A stretch of 64,000 bases of DNA from Cyanophora paradoxa CCMP329 (Eukaryota > Plantae > Glaucophyta): assembly GCA_004431415.1 (NCBI GenBank), contig QPMI01000603.1:186001-250000 (forward strand). Direction: 5' to 3'. Made by a program: the position numbers and the translations under genes. The notes under the pieces are model-generated. The model was not told the origin of the DNA and did no database searches. It saw nothing but the letters and a program-made list of their open reading frames with translations. Shown here one piece after another: positions 1 through 10,834 of this stretch (position 1 is its first letter; each line of letters starts with the position of its first letter).

Positions 1-1505
1 CAACCGCGACCTCGTCCGACGCTCGCAGCTCACGCGCAGCATCGCCTATATCAACAGCTTACGCGGGGCGCACTGGGTGGTTCCGCCGCGTTGACTGGCT
101 TGGTGGCCGCTGCGCCCCTGGTGCTGGTCGCTCCCGGTGCGCATCCTGGCTGAACCCCCGCGCCAGCTGCGCTCTTATGCAAGGCTAACTCTGTTGCGCA
201 CCGCTTGCATGCTGTGCAGGGTGCCCTGCTGCGTTCGGTCGCTGACGGTGGTGGTGGCAAGGACTTGGGATCACGCTCGGACCCTTTGCCCGCGCTCAGT
301 GGACACGTTGGATTGTGCTCTGATGTGCTTCGATGTAATTCGCATCGGCTTTATTCATCTCCAGTGCCGCGGGGCGTGCTGGGCGCACAGGGCGCCTATG
401 CGAGAGTGGTACTGCAGTGGCACCTACCACTGAGACGGGGGCAACGGGAAAACGCGTGGATTGATTGCACATGACTATCTCGATGACTCACTATCCAAGG
501 GAGACGCGGAGAGCGACGGAGAGGAGCAACATCTGGCCCAGAAGAAGGGACCCGGTACGGTGGCGTGCTCGGTCAAAAACGCGCGATCCGAAGCGCCACA
601 CAATGCACACGCAATGTCTGCATGCAGATAGCATCAGAGCTGGGCTCAGGAAAGGAGGCAAAAGGTCGCGCCCGCGGGCCGCACCACGGCGACTCCTGAG
701 GGCTGTGATTCCAACCGAGAGTGCACGGCCGAGAAGCGGCGCATCGTGTCCTGCGAGTGGCACGCATCACAACTGGCTAAGCGCTGGCTGCTGGTCGCTG
801 GCTGCCGAGCGGGAGGGTGCAGTGGACGGACCTCATCATCGTGCGCAGGCGAGGACGCCGACCATCCACGAGACCTTCCAGCATCTTACGATCCTGTATG
901 AAGCACGTTAGGTCACACAAGACAGTCCGCTGAGGACCGACTGCACCTGCGCCCGCCCTGCTACACGCGGCCAGGGCGTCGCGGCCACGCAACCGCGCGA
1001 CCAGCCCTGATGCTTGTGTGAGCCCTTCGCAGCAGGGCAGTGAGACGGTGGCGTGAGGCGCGGCGGAGAGGCAATGCGCGGCGGTACCTTCCAGCTGACC
1101 ACAGACAGCCCCGAGCGGCCCGCTCCTTCTTAGCTACGTCACGCCTAAAGCACTAAGATCGCGATGGAGCAGCTCCGCCATGGCAGAATTGCGGTCGATG
1201 CGTGCTGCCCCGAAAAAGGGCGCTCCTGGGCGCTTCCGGCGGTCAGATCGCTTCTCACCGATAGCTGCGCACTTCGAGCCAGTCGGAGCGGTGCTCAGAT
1301 GCAAGCAGGATGGCCTAAAGTTCAGGATATCTTGTACCCCCAGCCAGTACACCCCCCTCTCTCGGAAACGGCGCGCGGAAACAGGATCGAGTCTGCAGCT
1401 GTTTGACAATTAATATTATAATTGCAAGAGCGCGGAGCCAGTGGAACCTTACTTGTCCGCCATCAAGAGGGATGCTAAGGGAATACCAAGGTTGCTCACG
1501 TGCAC

Positions 1506-1822
1506 CAAAATCTGCCCTACACGTACAGTAGCTCAGGCCTGGCTCTCAAGCTTAAGGCTGCATGTGTGCAGGGGTCCCGTGTGCCTAAGTAAGCTTTCTA
1601 TATGGCCAGATTCATGACTGCAAAGCCCTAGGCAGAGAGCTAGGCATTGTTTCCTTCGGTTCCCAGCCAAGCATGACTTTGCTGGAACTGAAGGAAACAA
1701 TGCCTAGCTCTCTGCCTAGGGCTTTGCAGTCATGATTCTGGGCATATAAAAAGCTTACTTAGGTACACAGGACCCCTTCGGTCTTGAGAGCCAGGCCTGA
1801 GCTGCTGTAGGGCTGATTTTGG
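1506..1822. repeat. Fold-back inverted repeat at the left end of the array
   Basis: 1612-1657 is the exact reverse complement of 1690-1735 (46 bp, 32-nt loop). Diverged similarity extends to about 1506/1822. Confidence 0.9.
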
Positions 1823-3906
1823 CGTGATCGCGTTAGCTGGTAAGTGGCCTTGCTGGAGCTCCTCCAGCAACGTTTCTGGAATCAGTGCCGCTGCATGCTT
1901 AGTGAACATGCACACAAGCTCAAGGCACTTTTCAAAGACGTAAATGTGGGAACACATATGATACCAGGCCTTGTTTTGCTCCTTTACGTGACACTGAAGG
2001 CACCACGTCACTCATGCACTGAGTCAAGAATTCTGCCTGACAGAAGCGCTGAGCCACTGGATCCTAACTTGACCTCATCATGAGGACTAATCAGGGAATG
2101 CAAGAGCTGAACTGCAGCCCCAGCTGAGAAGTACCTGCAAAGATATGGCTCTTTTTCCAGCAAGCTGGGCTGCGAACAGAAGGAAACAATGCCTAGCTCT
2201 CTGCCTAGGGCTTTGCAGTCATGATTCTGGGCATATAAAAAGCTTACTTAGGTACACAGGACCCTTCGGTCTTGAGAGCCAGGCCTGAGCTGCTGTAGGG
2301 CTGATTTTGGCGTGATCGCGTTAGCTGGTAAGTGGCCTTGCTGGAGCTCCTCCAGCAACGTTTCTGGAATCGGTGCCGCTGCATGCTTAGTGAACATGCA
2401 CACAAGCTCAAGGCACTTTTCAAAGACGTAAATGTGGGAACACATATGATACCAGGCCTTGTTTTGCTCCTTTACGTGACACTGAAGGCACCACGTCACT
2501 CATGCACCGAGTCAAGAATTCTGCCTGACAGAAGCGCTCAGCGGCTGAGCCACTGGATCCTAACTTGACCTTCATCATGAGGACTAATCAGGGAATGCAA
2601 GAGCTGAACTGCAGCCCCAGCTGAGAAGTACCTGCAAAGATATGGCTCTTTTTCCAGCAAGCTGGGCTGCGAACAGCAGGAAACAATGCCTAGCTCTCTG
2701 CCTAGGGCTTTGCAGTCATGATTCTGGGCATATAAAAAGCTTACTTAGGTACACAGGACCCCTTCGGTCTTGAGAGCCAGGCCTGAGCTGCTGTAGGGCT
2801 GATTTTGGCGTGATCGCGTTAGCTGGTAAGTGGCCTTGCTGGAGCTCCTCCAGCAACGTTTCTGGAATCAGTGCCGCTGCATGCTTAGTGAACATGCACA
2901 CAAGCTCAAGGCACTTTTCAAAGACGTAAATGTGGGAACACATATGATACCAGGCCTTGTTTTGCTCCTTTACGTGACACTGAAGGCACCACGTCACTCA
3001 TGCACCGAGTCAAGAATTCTGCCTGACAGAAGCGCTGAGCCACTGGATCCTAACTTGACCCTCATCATGAGGACTAATCAGGGAATGCAAGAGCTGAACT
3101 GCAGCCCCAGCTGAGAAGTACCTGCAAAGATATGGCTCTTTTTCCAGCAAGCTGGGCTGCGAACAGAAGGAAACAATGCCTAGCTCTCTGCCTAGGGCTT
3201 TGCAGTCATGATTCTGGGCATATAAAAAGCTTACTTAGGTACACAGGACCCCTTCGGTCTTGAGAGCCAGGCCTGAGCTGCTGTAGGGCTGATTTTGGCG
3301 TGATCGCGTTAGCTGGTAAGTGGCCTTGCTGGAGCTCCTCCAGCAACGTTTCTGGAATCAGTGCCGCTGCATGCTTAGTGAACATGCACACAAGCTCAAG
3401 GCACTTTTCAAAGACGTAAATGTGGGAACACATATGATACCAGGCCTTGTTTTGCTCCTTTACGTGACACTGAAGGCACCACGTCACTCATGCACCGAGT
3501 CAAGAATTCTGCCTGACAGAAGCGCTGAGCCACTGGATCCTAACTTGACCCTCATCATGAGGACTAATCAGGGAATGCAAGAGCTGAACTGCAGCCCCAG
3601 CTGAGAAGTACCTGCAAAGATATGGCTCTTTTCCCGCAAGCTGGGCTGCGAACAGAAGGAAACAATGCCTAGCTCTCTGCCTAGGGCTTTGCAGTCATGA
3701 TTCTGGGCATATAAAAAGCTTACTTAGGTACACAGGACCCCTTCGGTCTTGAGAGCCAGGCCTGAGCTGCTGTAGGGCTGATTTTGGCGTGATCGCGTTA
3801 GCTGGTAAGTGGCCTTGCTGGAGCTCCTCCAGCAACGTTTCTGGAATCGGTGCCGCTGCATGCTTAGTGAACATGCACACAAGCTCAAGGCACTTTTCAA
3901 AGACGT

Positions 3907-4187
3907 TGTCGCGTGCGAGATTAGTGTGTCTAATCGTGCGCGCGAGAAGCCCGTGCGGAGTGCAAGCTCGGCAGGGCGGGGTTTGGCGAGTGCTGCTGCT
4001 GTTAGCCACCGTGATGGTAGACTGAGGGTGTACCCGTCCAACTACGGCGTACCCCGACACGCATACAAATGACCGCGGCGCTCTAACTAGCCTAGGCGCC
4101 GTCGGCCTAGCAGCACGAAGGCTGCATACATCATCTAGAGCCCTAGCGGCTCATGATCGAGCATCCACTGTAAAGTCGGATGCGACA
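3907..4187 (-). repeat. 3' LTR
   Basis: Appears identical to 8755-9035; TG...CA termini. Confidence 0.95.
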
Positions 4188-4202
4188 ACTCCTCCTCTCG
4201 GA
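4188..4202 (-). promoter_or_regulatory. Polypurine tract
   Basis: Minus strand TCCGAGAGGAGGAGT immediately precedes the 3' LTR. Confidence 0.85.
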
Positions 4203-6734
4203 TCCCGCGTCCGCGCGGGTCTAAATAAATACAAATCGACCGGCTACTGCCGGGAATCGAAAAAGGCTCAACGCCCGTCCATGTCCGGCAACTGCCGGGA
4301 ATAGAAAAGACGCCAAGTCCAGCTATGTACATGTCCATGCCCGGCGTCGACTGCCGGGAATAGAAAAGACTGATGCCCGGCAAGTGCCGGCGCGACTCCA
4401 GCGTGTAGAGCCCAGGGGGCGAGGTCCAACTTCGGGCCGGCGGCCCAGGCAACTCGCACGAGGCGAGCGGAATTGGAAGGGGGGCCGAAGCCGAGGGGGC
4501 CCTGCCCTCATCGCGCAGCATGTCAACCGCGAAAGCGCACGCTGCAACAGCAACGCGGGGCGTAGCGTCGCGACAGCGCTCGATAGCCCACAGCGAAATG
4601 CCCGTCCCAATGTTTAGGGCTAAGCAGCACGTCTAGCGCCGCTGCTCAGGCACACGCCGCGCCTTCACTGCATTTATCACGGCGTCGGATCGGGTTCCCC
4701 CGACGGCGGTGGAGCTAGGAATCTCCAGGGCGAGGCTAGGCGCCGCCCACAGGGCTCAAACCACCGTCGTGCGCGACGGCAGGTGCCCTGCCCGACCCGT
4801 GCATGCACGTCCATCACGAGGGGGACGTGACCCTCCCAGGCGAACTGCCACCGAGCGTCCCCGGTGCAGAGCCCTGAATGGGGGAATTTTGCGTCCCCAG
4901 TCGTCGTACCCGGAGTGGGATCCGGCGTAACGACCGCCTGCGTGTACCCCCACCGGCGCAAGGCGCGCCCTGGTACACCGCCAGGTCTTACATGGAGGGG
5001 GAATGGACATCCCCTGTCGCTGTACCCGAGGCAGAACTCGGCGTCACAGCCGCCTACCGACCCTTCTGCAGACGCAGGGCGCGTCCTAGGGCTCGGCTAG
5101 GTCTTTGCAAGGGTCTCCCGCCCTGTCACCGCGCCGAGCTGTGCTCAAGGCTAACGGCCGCCCGGGCTCACCCTTTCTGCCCGGGACTTTCGCGATGTTT
5201 CGCGGGGCTCGGAGGCCCGTCTCAGCCCAACCCTTCACGGGCGGCTCTTCACAAAGCGCTGCTCAAGGGCTAGCGCAGCCGCTCTCCTGTCCTCGCCCTC
5301 TCGCGGGGTCGGGACGCGGCTCAGAGCCGGCTTTCTAGATCTCATGATCAAGCCGCTCCCGCCGGAGCCGTTGGCACTGTGGCCGTGGCCTCCGGCCCGG
5401 ACCACCCGCCGCCTTAACCGCCTTGGGGCCAGGCCGGCCGCATGCGAGACGGGACTCATGGGTGTCCTTCTGGCGCCGCCTCAACAGGCCGGCCGCCGGG
5501 TCTCCAAGCTCCTAGCTTGTGAGCAGGGCTCGCGGCCCGTCGCACCGCTCGGCCTGCAGCCGCAGCGTGCCGCCTGGGTGCCAACTTGTCGGGCAGTTCA
5601 CCAGGTCTTTGGGCTGGGCACCAGGCCCTTGCCCCGCTAACGTTCGGTCCGGGCCCCGGAACCAACACGTGCGGCCTGGGCGCCAACTTGGCGGGCATCA
5701 CCAGGACTTTAAGTTCAAGATAGTGCAAAGCTCTCGATGGAGCTGCTGGTGCCTGAACGCCTAGGGGCGAGCCAGGACTTTATTTCAGGGCTCGAGCTCT
5801 CGAGGGCACTGTGTGCTCATGATCAAGCTCGCCCTTCATTGGAGCTTGGAAGCTCACGATTTTCGCAGGGGCTCACGGGCCGCCTGTCAAGCTCACGGCA
5901 TGCCGTCAGGCGCTCGCCGGCCGCGGGCCGGGCATCGTGCCTCTGGCATCGAGCTTCTCTTGAGAGTGCATCCCGAGCTCAAGGCTCCGCGGATTACATC
6001 TCATTTTGCAACGGCAGCTATGCCGCTCTCAGGCCGAGGAGCTCACGATCAGAGCATTAGCTGCCGCGAGGGCCAGCTACAGCGAGGGCCAGCCCTGGCC
6101 GCAAGGCCTGAGGCCACTTTCCTGGATTTCGCAAGGCCCGTGGACGCACTCAGCGACTGCAGTGCGCCGCGCGAAATCGCAGGCTTTCGACGAGAGAGTC
6201 TTGGAGGGACTCCTCCTCTCGGAAAGACTGGTACCCGCTTGGGGTTTGCGATCTGATCTCGGCCACTGGCCACAGATCTAGATTGAGGCAAGCAGGAGGG
6301 CTCGCAATTGCGGCACCAGCCGCGGGCCTCTTTGCAGGCTTCAGCGAAAGAGGTACTCCTCCTCTCGGAAAGAGGGGCACCCCGATTGGGGCCCTCTTTC
6401 GCAAGTGCTATTTGATCTCGGCCAGCGGCCACAGATCCAAGCAAGCCGTGGGGCAGGAGGGCAAGCGGCAGCAATTGCACTGCTCGTGCAGCATGCATAT
6501 GCCCGTGCTCACTCCTCCTCTCGGAAGACGTCGTCCCCGACGTCTGAAATTATGTACAAGTGTACAAATATACAGCCTGCTCAGAGGCAGGTATATTGGC
6601 CGCTTATTACAGCGACACATGGGAATCTCGCAGGGGAGGCCCAGGCTCCGCGAAAAATTGAATCGCGGTTACGAGCAGGGCTGTTCTGGCGGCTGCCCAA
6701 GCCAGCCAGACCCTAGTGCAGCTGGTGCACGTGC

Positions 6735-8264
6735 TCACTCACGCTCCGCCGCAGGGCGCGCGGTCGGAGCCGCTGAGCTTGAGGGCGCAGGAAGCGCGGG
6801 GCGAGCAGCCCGTGTGGGGGGGTCGGAGCAGGCACTGTGGTGGTGCCCTGCCTCGCCACAGCGACCGCAGACTTCGTCTGGGTCCTGTTTTCCCTCATCG
6901 GACCAGTACTCTTGCTCGTCGGCAGCATCCTCTTGGGATTGCTTTGGCCGATAGTACTGGCCGCGGCGCACCCAGGGGCGTACTGGGGCGAACGGGGTGC
7001 GCTTGGGGCACACATTTGCCCAATGACGCCGCGCCTCAACGGGGACGCTAGGGTCATCTGAGCACCCATAGCAGTCTGAGGGGGGGTACTCGGGGTACCC
7101 GAGCTCAGACATGCGGCGCAGCACCTCCGCGACGGCAGCAGGCGAGCGGGACTGCACGGCCCAAGAGGACCCACGTGCAGAGATCGAGGGCTGGGCCCTG
7201 GGGTCGGCGTCCCGAGGCGCAGCAGGGCCAAGGGAGCTCGAGGACTCATCCTCGGCAAACTTTGCCTGCAGGATACGGGTCCGTTTTGCCTCTGGCGGCT
7301 GAGCAGCTGCCGGTGCAGGCGGGAACACGGCACGGCAGCCGTGGCGCGTGCACTGCTCGATGAAAATATCATCAAGCTCGAGCGGCGAGACAGCGCCGTC
7401 ATGGGCAAGGAGGCGCTGCTGCAGCGCAGCGAGGAACTCGCGCATCGTGCGCTCGTTCTCTTTGGCGAAGCCGGCCATCCGAACCTCAAGGTTCTGATAT
7501 TCCGGGTCCTCGCTCGTCGAGCGGGCCTCGAGCGCGATGCGCAGGCAATCCGCATAGTACGCAGCGAGCCGCTGGCCCGGCGGCAGCGTGTGCCGCACAA
7601 GGGGCATGACCCAGTCATGCCACGAGCGGGGGTCCTCGCCCGTGTAGGGCTCAGTGAGGGCCCGGCGGGCCGCATGCGGGCGCAGCTTGTGAATCCACGC
7701 CGTGATCGTATCGAGCAGCCCGGGGGCACGCAAGTACGAGTCACGCACGGCCACGATCGTGGCCTCATCACGCACGCAGCTCTGCTGCAGAGCGAGAATA
7801 GTGGCATCATCCTCGGCAGACCGCAGGTTTGCCGGGACAAGCTCGAGACGAGCGAGCGTGGCGCGGTCACGCTCTAGGAGAGCGACCGAGGCCTCATAGA
7901 GGTCACGCTTGCGCTCGATCTCAGCGCGGAGAGCGCCGGGGCGGATTCGCCCAACGATCACTCCGGCTAGTGCCTCCGACTTTGAGTACTCCTGGCCACC
8001 GGCAGAATCCGGGCCAAACAAGTACTTCGTCGGCAGGGCCGACTGGAAGTTCCGCACATCCTTCCGGAACCGGTCGCCATCGGCGAGGCGCGGATTCGCA
8101 GGCAGGAACGCGATCCGCACGGGATCATCGTCCGCCGCAGCGGAGGCAGCAAGTTGCTGCACATGCAAAGCAGCACCAGCCTGGGCATGCACAGGCTCGA
8201 TGTGCGCGAGGGCAGACAGCCGGCTACGGACTTCAGAACTGATCAGTTCAGAAGAGTTTGACAT
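6735..8264 (-). CDS. gag: Gag-like protein (509 aa) with zinc knuckles
   Basis: Intronless ORF downstream of the PBS. Canonical CCHC CGRCGEAGHHHSAC plus an atypical CYGC-x12-H-x4-C. Confidence 0.85.
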   Translation of the reverse strand: MSNSSELISSEVRSRLSALAHIEPVHAQAGAALHVQQLAASAAADDDPVRIAFLPANPRLADGDRFRKDVRNFQSALPTKYLFGPDSAGGQEYSKSEALAGVIVGRIRPGALRAEIERKRDLYEASVALLERDRATLARLELVPANLRSAEDDATILALQQSCVRDEATIVAVRDSYLRAPGLLDTITAWIHKLRPHAARRALTEPYTGEDPRSWHDWVMPLVRHTLPPGQRLAAYYADCLRIALEARSTSEDPEYQNLEVRMAGFAKENERTMREFLAALQQRLLAHDGAVSPLELDDIFIEQCTRHGCRAVFPPAPAAAQPPEAKRTRILQAKFAEDESSSSLGPAAPRDADPRAQPSISARGSSWAVQSRSPAAVAEVLRRMSELGYPEYPPSDCYGCSDDPSVPVEARRHWANVCPKRTPFAPVRPWVRRGQYYRPKQSQEDAADEQEYWSDEGKQDPDEVCGRCGEAGHHHSACSDPPTRAARPALPAPSSSAAPTARPAAERE

Positions 8265-8729
8265 GGTGTTCTCTTTGCAACGTAAAGCCGCAAGAACAAG
8301 ATGCCCGGGAGAGCACTAGGCGCGGGATTTGATCTGCAGCTCGCTGCAGAATCCGGCGCAGAGATCTCGAGGTCACGCAAGAGCGCGACTCAGGGACACT
8401 TAGAGAGCTGCTCGCAGCAGTCTCCGTGGCACGGTTGCTCGCAACCGGCGATGGGACAGGCAATGATGAGACTCTCGAGAGAGAGCTCGGCGCGTGCGCT
8501 TCGGTCTGGGGATGACCCGAAGCCCGCGATAGGCACTAGAGACGTTTCCGGTGCACTACCGTCCAACCGCAAGCGGTACAGGGCGGCGCACTCAAACGCA
8601 AAGCAACCGTGGGGACGGCGCTCGCGCGGAAAGCAGGTCTCTGGCTCCAATAGACACTGGGCGGGGCTGTGCAGCGATGCGCGCTGCGCGGCGGGGCTGG
8701 GGAGAGCGATACGGACTCAGACCCTTGAA

Positions 8730-8754
8730 GGTTCGATTCCGGCAGAATGGCGCC
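8730..8754 (-). promoter_or_regulatory. Primer-binding site, tRNA-Asp-like
   Basis: Minus strand GGCGCCATTCTGCCGGAATCGAACC abuts the 5' LTR and is complementary to a tRNA T-arm/acceptor 3' end. The Asp assignment is from recalled similarity to TGGCGCCGTTGCCGGGGA-type PBSs. Confidence 0.7.
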
Positions 8755-9035
8755 TGTCGCGTGCGAGATTAGTGTGTCTAATCGTGCGCGCGAGAAGCCC
8801 GTGCGGAGTGCAAGCTCGGCAGGGCGGGGTTTGGCGAGTGCTGCTGCTGTTAGCCACCGTGATGGTAGACTGAGGGTGTACCCGTCCAACTACGGCGTAC
8901 CCCGACACGCATACAAATGACCGCGGCGCTCTAACTAGCCTAGGCGCCGTCGGCCTAGCAGCACGAAGGCTGCATACATCATCTAGAGCCCTAGCGGCTC
9001 ATGATCGAGCATCCACTGTAAAGTCGGATGCGACA
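8755..9035 (-). repeat. 5' LTR
   Basis: Appears identical to 3907-4187. Confidence 0.95.
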
Positions 9036-9122
9036 GACGTAAATGTGGGAACACATATGATACCAGGCCTTGTTTTGCTCCTTTACGTGACACTGAAGGC
9101 ACCACGTCACTCATGCACCGAG

Positions 9123-10304
9123 TCAAGAATTCTGCCTGACAGAAGCGCTGAGCCACTGGATCCTAACTTGACCTTCATCATGAGGACTAATCAGGGAATG
9201 CAAGAGCTGAACTGCAGCCCCAGCTGAGAAGTACCTGCAAAGATATGTGCAGAAGAGGTTAAACCAGGTCTCCTTGTCCTTGGGAGTCATCCCATCGGTC
9301 GGCGACAGGTCCTGCGCCATCGTCTTCAGCTTCGGCAGTAGATTCAGCGCCAGGTCGTAATTGGCCTTGCGCTGCTGCTCGTACGGGAGGCCGGAGTACA
9401 GGCCGTGGTGTAGCGTCTTGCGCTCCGTGATCTGCTGCTCGAGCGTGTCATAGACGTCCAGCGCCTGCACAGTGTGGCCCGTCTTGTCACGCGGCAGGTC
9501 AGTGAACGCGATGAGGTCACAGATGTTGGCGAAAATACGGTCCAGTTGAGTGCCATCGTACGCCGCGATGAGCTCCTCCTTGAGACGCTTGCGCTCAGCG
9601 GGGTCAATCATGCGAACGAGGCTCTTAATGTACGAGGGGACGCCGCGAATAATGTCCGAGGGCATCTCAGCCCGGAGTTTGTCGACGACGGCCTGTCGCG
9701 TCTGGACGGCCTTCTGCGCCGCCTCCTTGGCCGCCTCCTCCGTAGCCGTCGCGAGTGTCGCCTTCGCCTTCGTGAGCTCGCTCTCTGCGTCGACGAGGTT
9801 TTCGACGAGAGACCGGTGCAACTCGACCGTCGAACGGTAGACTTCCGTTAGTCCCGCCGGCAGCGAACGGACACCGAAATCGACGGCGTGGTACGCCGCC
9901 TGCGAACCGTCGTCCAGCAGGGAGTACTTCTTGTCTCCGCGAGTAGCCGAACGGATGGCGTTGTGATGTTGGAAGACGCCGTTGGGCGAGACGGGAATCC
10001 CGGTGGTGTGGCCCATCTTGCCGTCCTCCATCTTGATCGCCTGCGGCGGCTCCGCGCCCATGACCCGCCGGCGCGCGATCTCCTCGGCGTGCGCCGCTGC
10101 GACTCGGGCCGTGCGGTTGAGCATTGTCAGTTGGCCGGGGAAGGTCGGGCCATCTCGCCGGAAGTCATGCCTTCGCGCTCCATCACGCGGTCGTTCGACG
10201 TAGACGTTGCCGTCGGGCCGCGACCGCAGTACGGTACGCGAGCTGGCCCGTGACCGTCGTTCGAGTCGGACCGCCGCAACCGATCCCCGATGCGCGCGCG
10301 GCAC
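9123..10304 (-). CDS. Intronless helical/coiled-coil protein, probably a truncated TE gag; C-terminus runs into the 490-bp repeat
   Basis: GC3-rich intronless frame 9247-10130 in an intron-dense genome. Sequence switches abruptly to the repeat unit at 9246. Confidence 0.5.
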   Translation of the reverse strand: MPRAHRGSVAAVRLERRSRASSRTVLRSRPDGNVYVERPRDGARRHDFRRDGPTFPGQLTMLNRTARVAAAHAEEIARRRVMGAEPPQAIKMEDGKMGHTTGIPVSPNGVFQHHNAIRSATRGDKKYSLLDDGSQAAYHAVDFGVRSLPAGLTEVYRSTVELHRSLVENLVDAESELTKAKATLATATEEAAKEAAQKAVQTRQAVVDKLRAEMPSDIIRGVPSYIKSLVRMIDPAERKRLKEELIAAYDGTQLDRIFANICDLIAFTDLPRDKTGHTVQALDVYDTLEQQITERKTLHHGLYSGLPYEQQRKANYDLALNLLPKLKTMAQDLSPTDGMTPKDKETWFNLFCTYLCRYFSAGAAVQLLHSLISPHDEGQVRIQWLSASVRQNS

Positions 10305-10834
10305 GAACGATGAGCCAGGGAGCTAGCCGATGCCGCGGTACGGCGGGCTGCTCCCCAACTGCGCGAGTGAGCGGCGGAGGCGCGTCCGAAGCTTCGAGAA
10401 GGGAAGCGTCGGCGGCGAGGCGAGTCAGCGGAGTGCGTCCGCCAGTAGCGGTGCTCTCCGAAAGCGTCAAGCGTTCGCCTCCTCGTAGTCCAGCGGGTTC
10501 ACGCTCGCGGCCAACGGACGTGCGCAGCAAGTCCGTCAGCTGGCGTGCGCTAGTCCCGGCGAGGATGTTTTAGGAGGTTTTATACGTCCCAGTAGACCTT
10601 AGCAACCTTCCCGTAGCGTACCAGCAGCAGGCGAGCAGGCTGTCACGTTGCAAGAGAAAGCTGCTAATCACAGACTACTGTGTACCCTAGGACACGGCTA
10701 CCGGAAAGTATCAAGCTAGAGTCAGAAAAAGTAGCTAGGGTCGCATCTTCGTACAGGGGTACAGTGACTCAGGAAATCGCGAGAAACCGCGGGTCAAGTC
10801 ACGGTACTACTGCGAACGAAGTGCAAACGAAGCA

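Larger units (their letters stand above)
3907..9035 (-). mobile_element. Non-autonomous (gag-only) LTR retrotransposon, 5129 bp
   Basis: Two 281-bp LTRs (3907-4187, 8755-9035) with TGTCGC...GCGACA ends and TSD GACGT (3902-3906, 9036-9040). PPT lies next to the left LTR and PBS next to the right LTR. No pol motifs seen. Confidence 0.95.
1690..9246. repeat. ~490-bp tandem array, 5 units; unit 5 split by an LTR element
   Basis: Near-identical units start at 1690, 2179, 2676, 3166 and 3655 (periods 489/497/490/489). Unit 5 stops at 3906 and resumes after the LTR element at 9036/9041-9246. Confidence 0.95.

Noticed and set aside
1-95. Fanzor/TnpB RuvC-III (NRD at window start)
   Set aside because: NRDLVRR lacks the following NAAxNI motif and has no supporting context.
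1180-1413. hAT BED-finger transposase start (SPIAAHF...LRCK)
   Set aside because: The second Cys and His ligands are missing, the ORF ends after 77 aa, and no TIRs were identified.
1690-3906. CRISPR array or hammerhead/retrozyme array
   Set aside because: Units are contiguous with no unique spacers and there are no cas genes. I found no canonical CUGANGA...GAAA core on either strand by eye; an Infernal search would be decisive.
8725-8754. tRNA gene (GGTTCGATTCC)
   Set aside because: No D-arm, anticodon arm or 5' acceptor strand; explained as the PBS.
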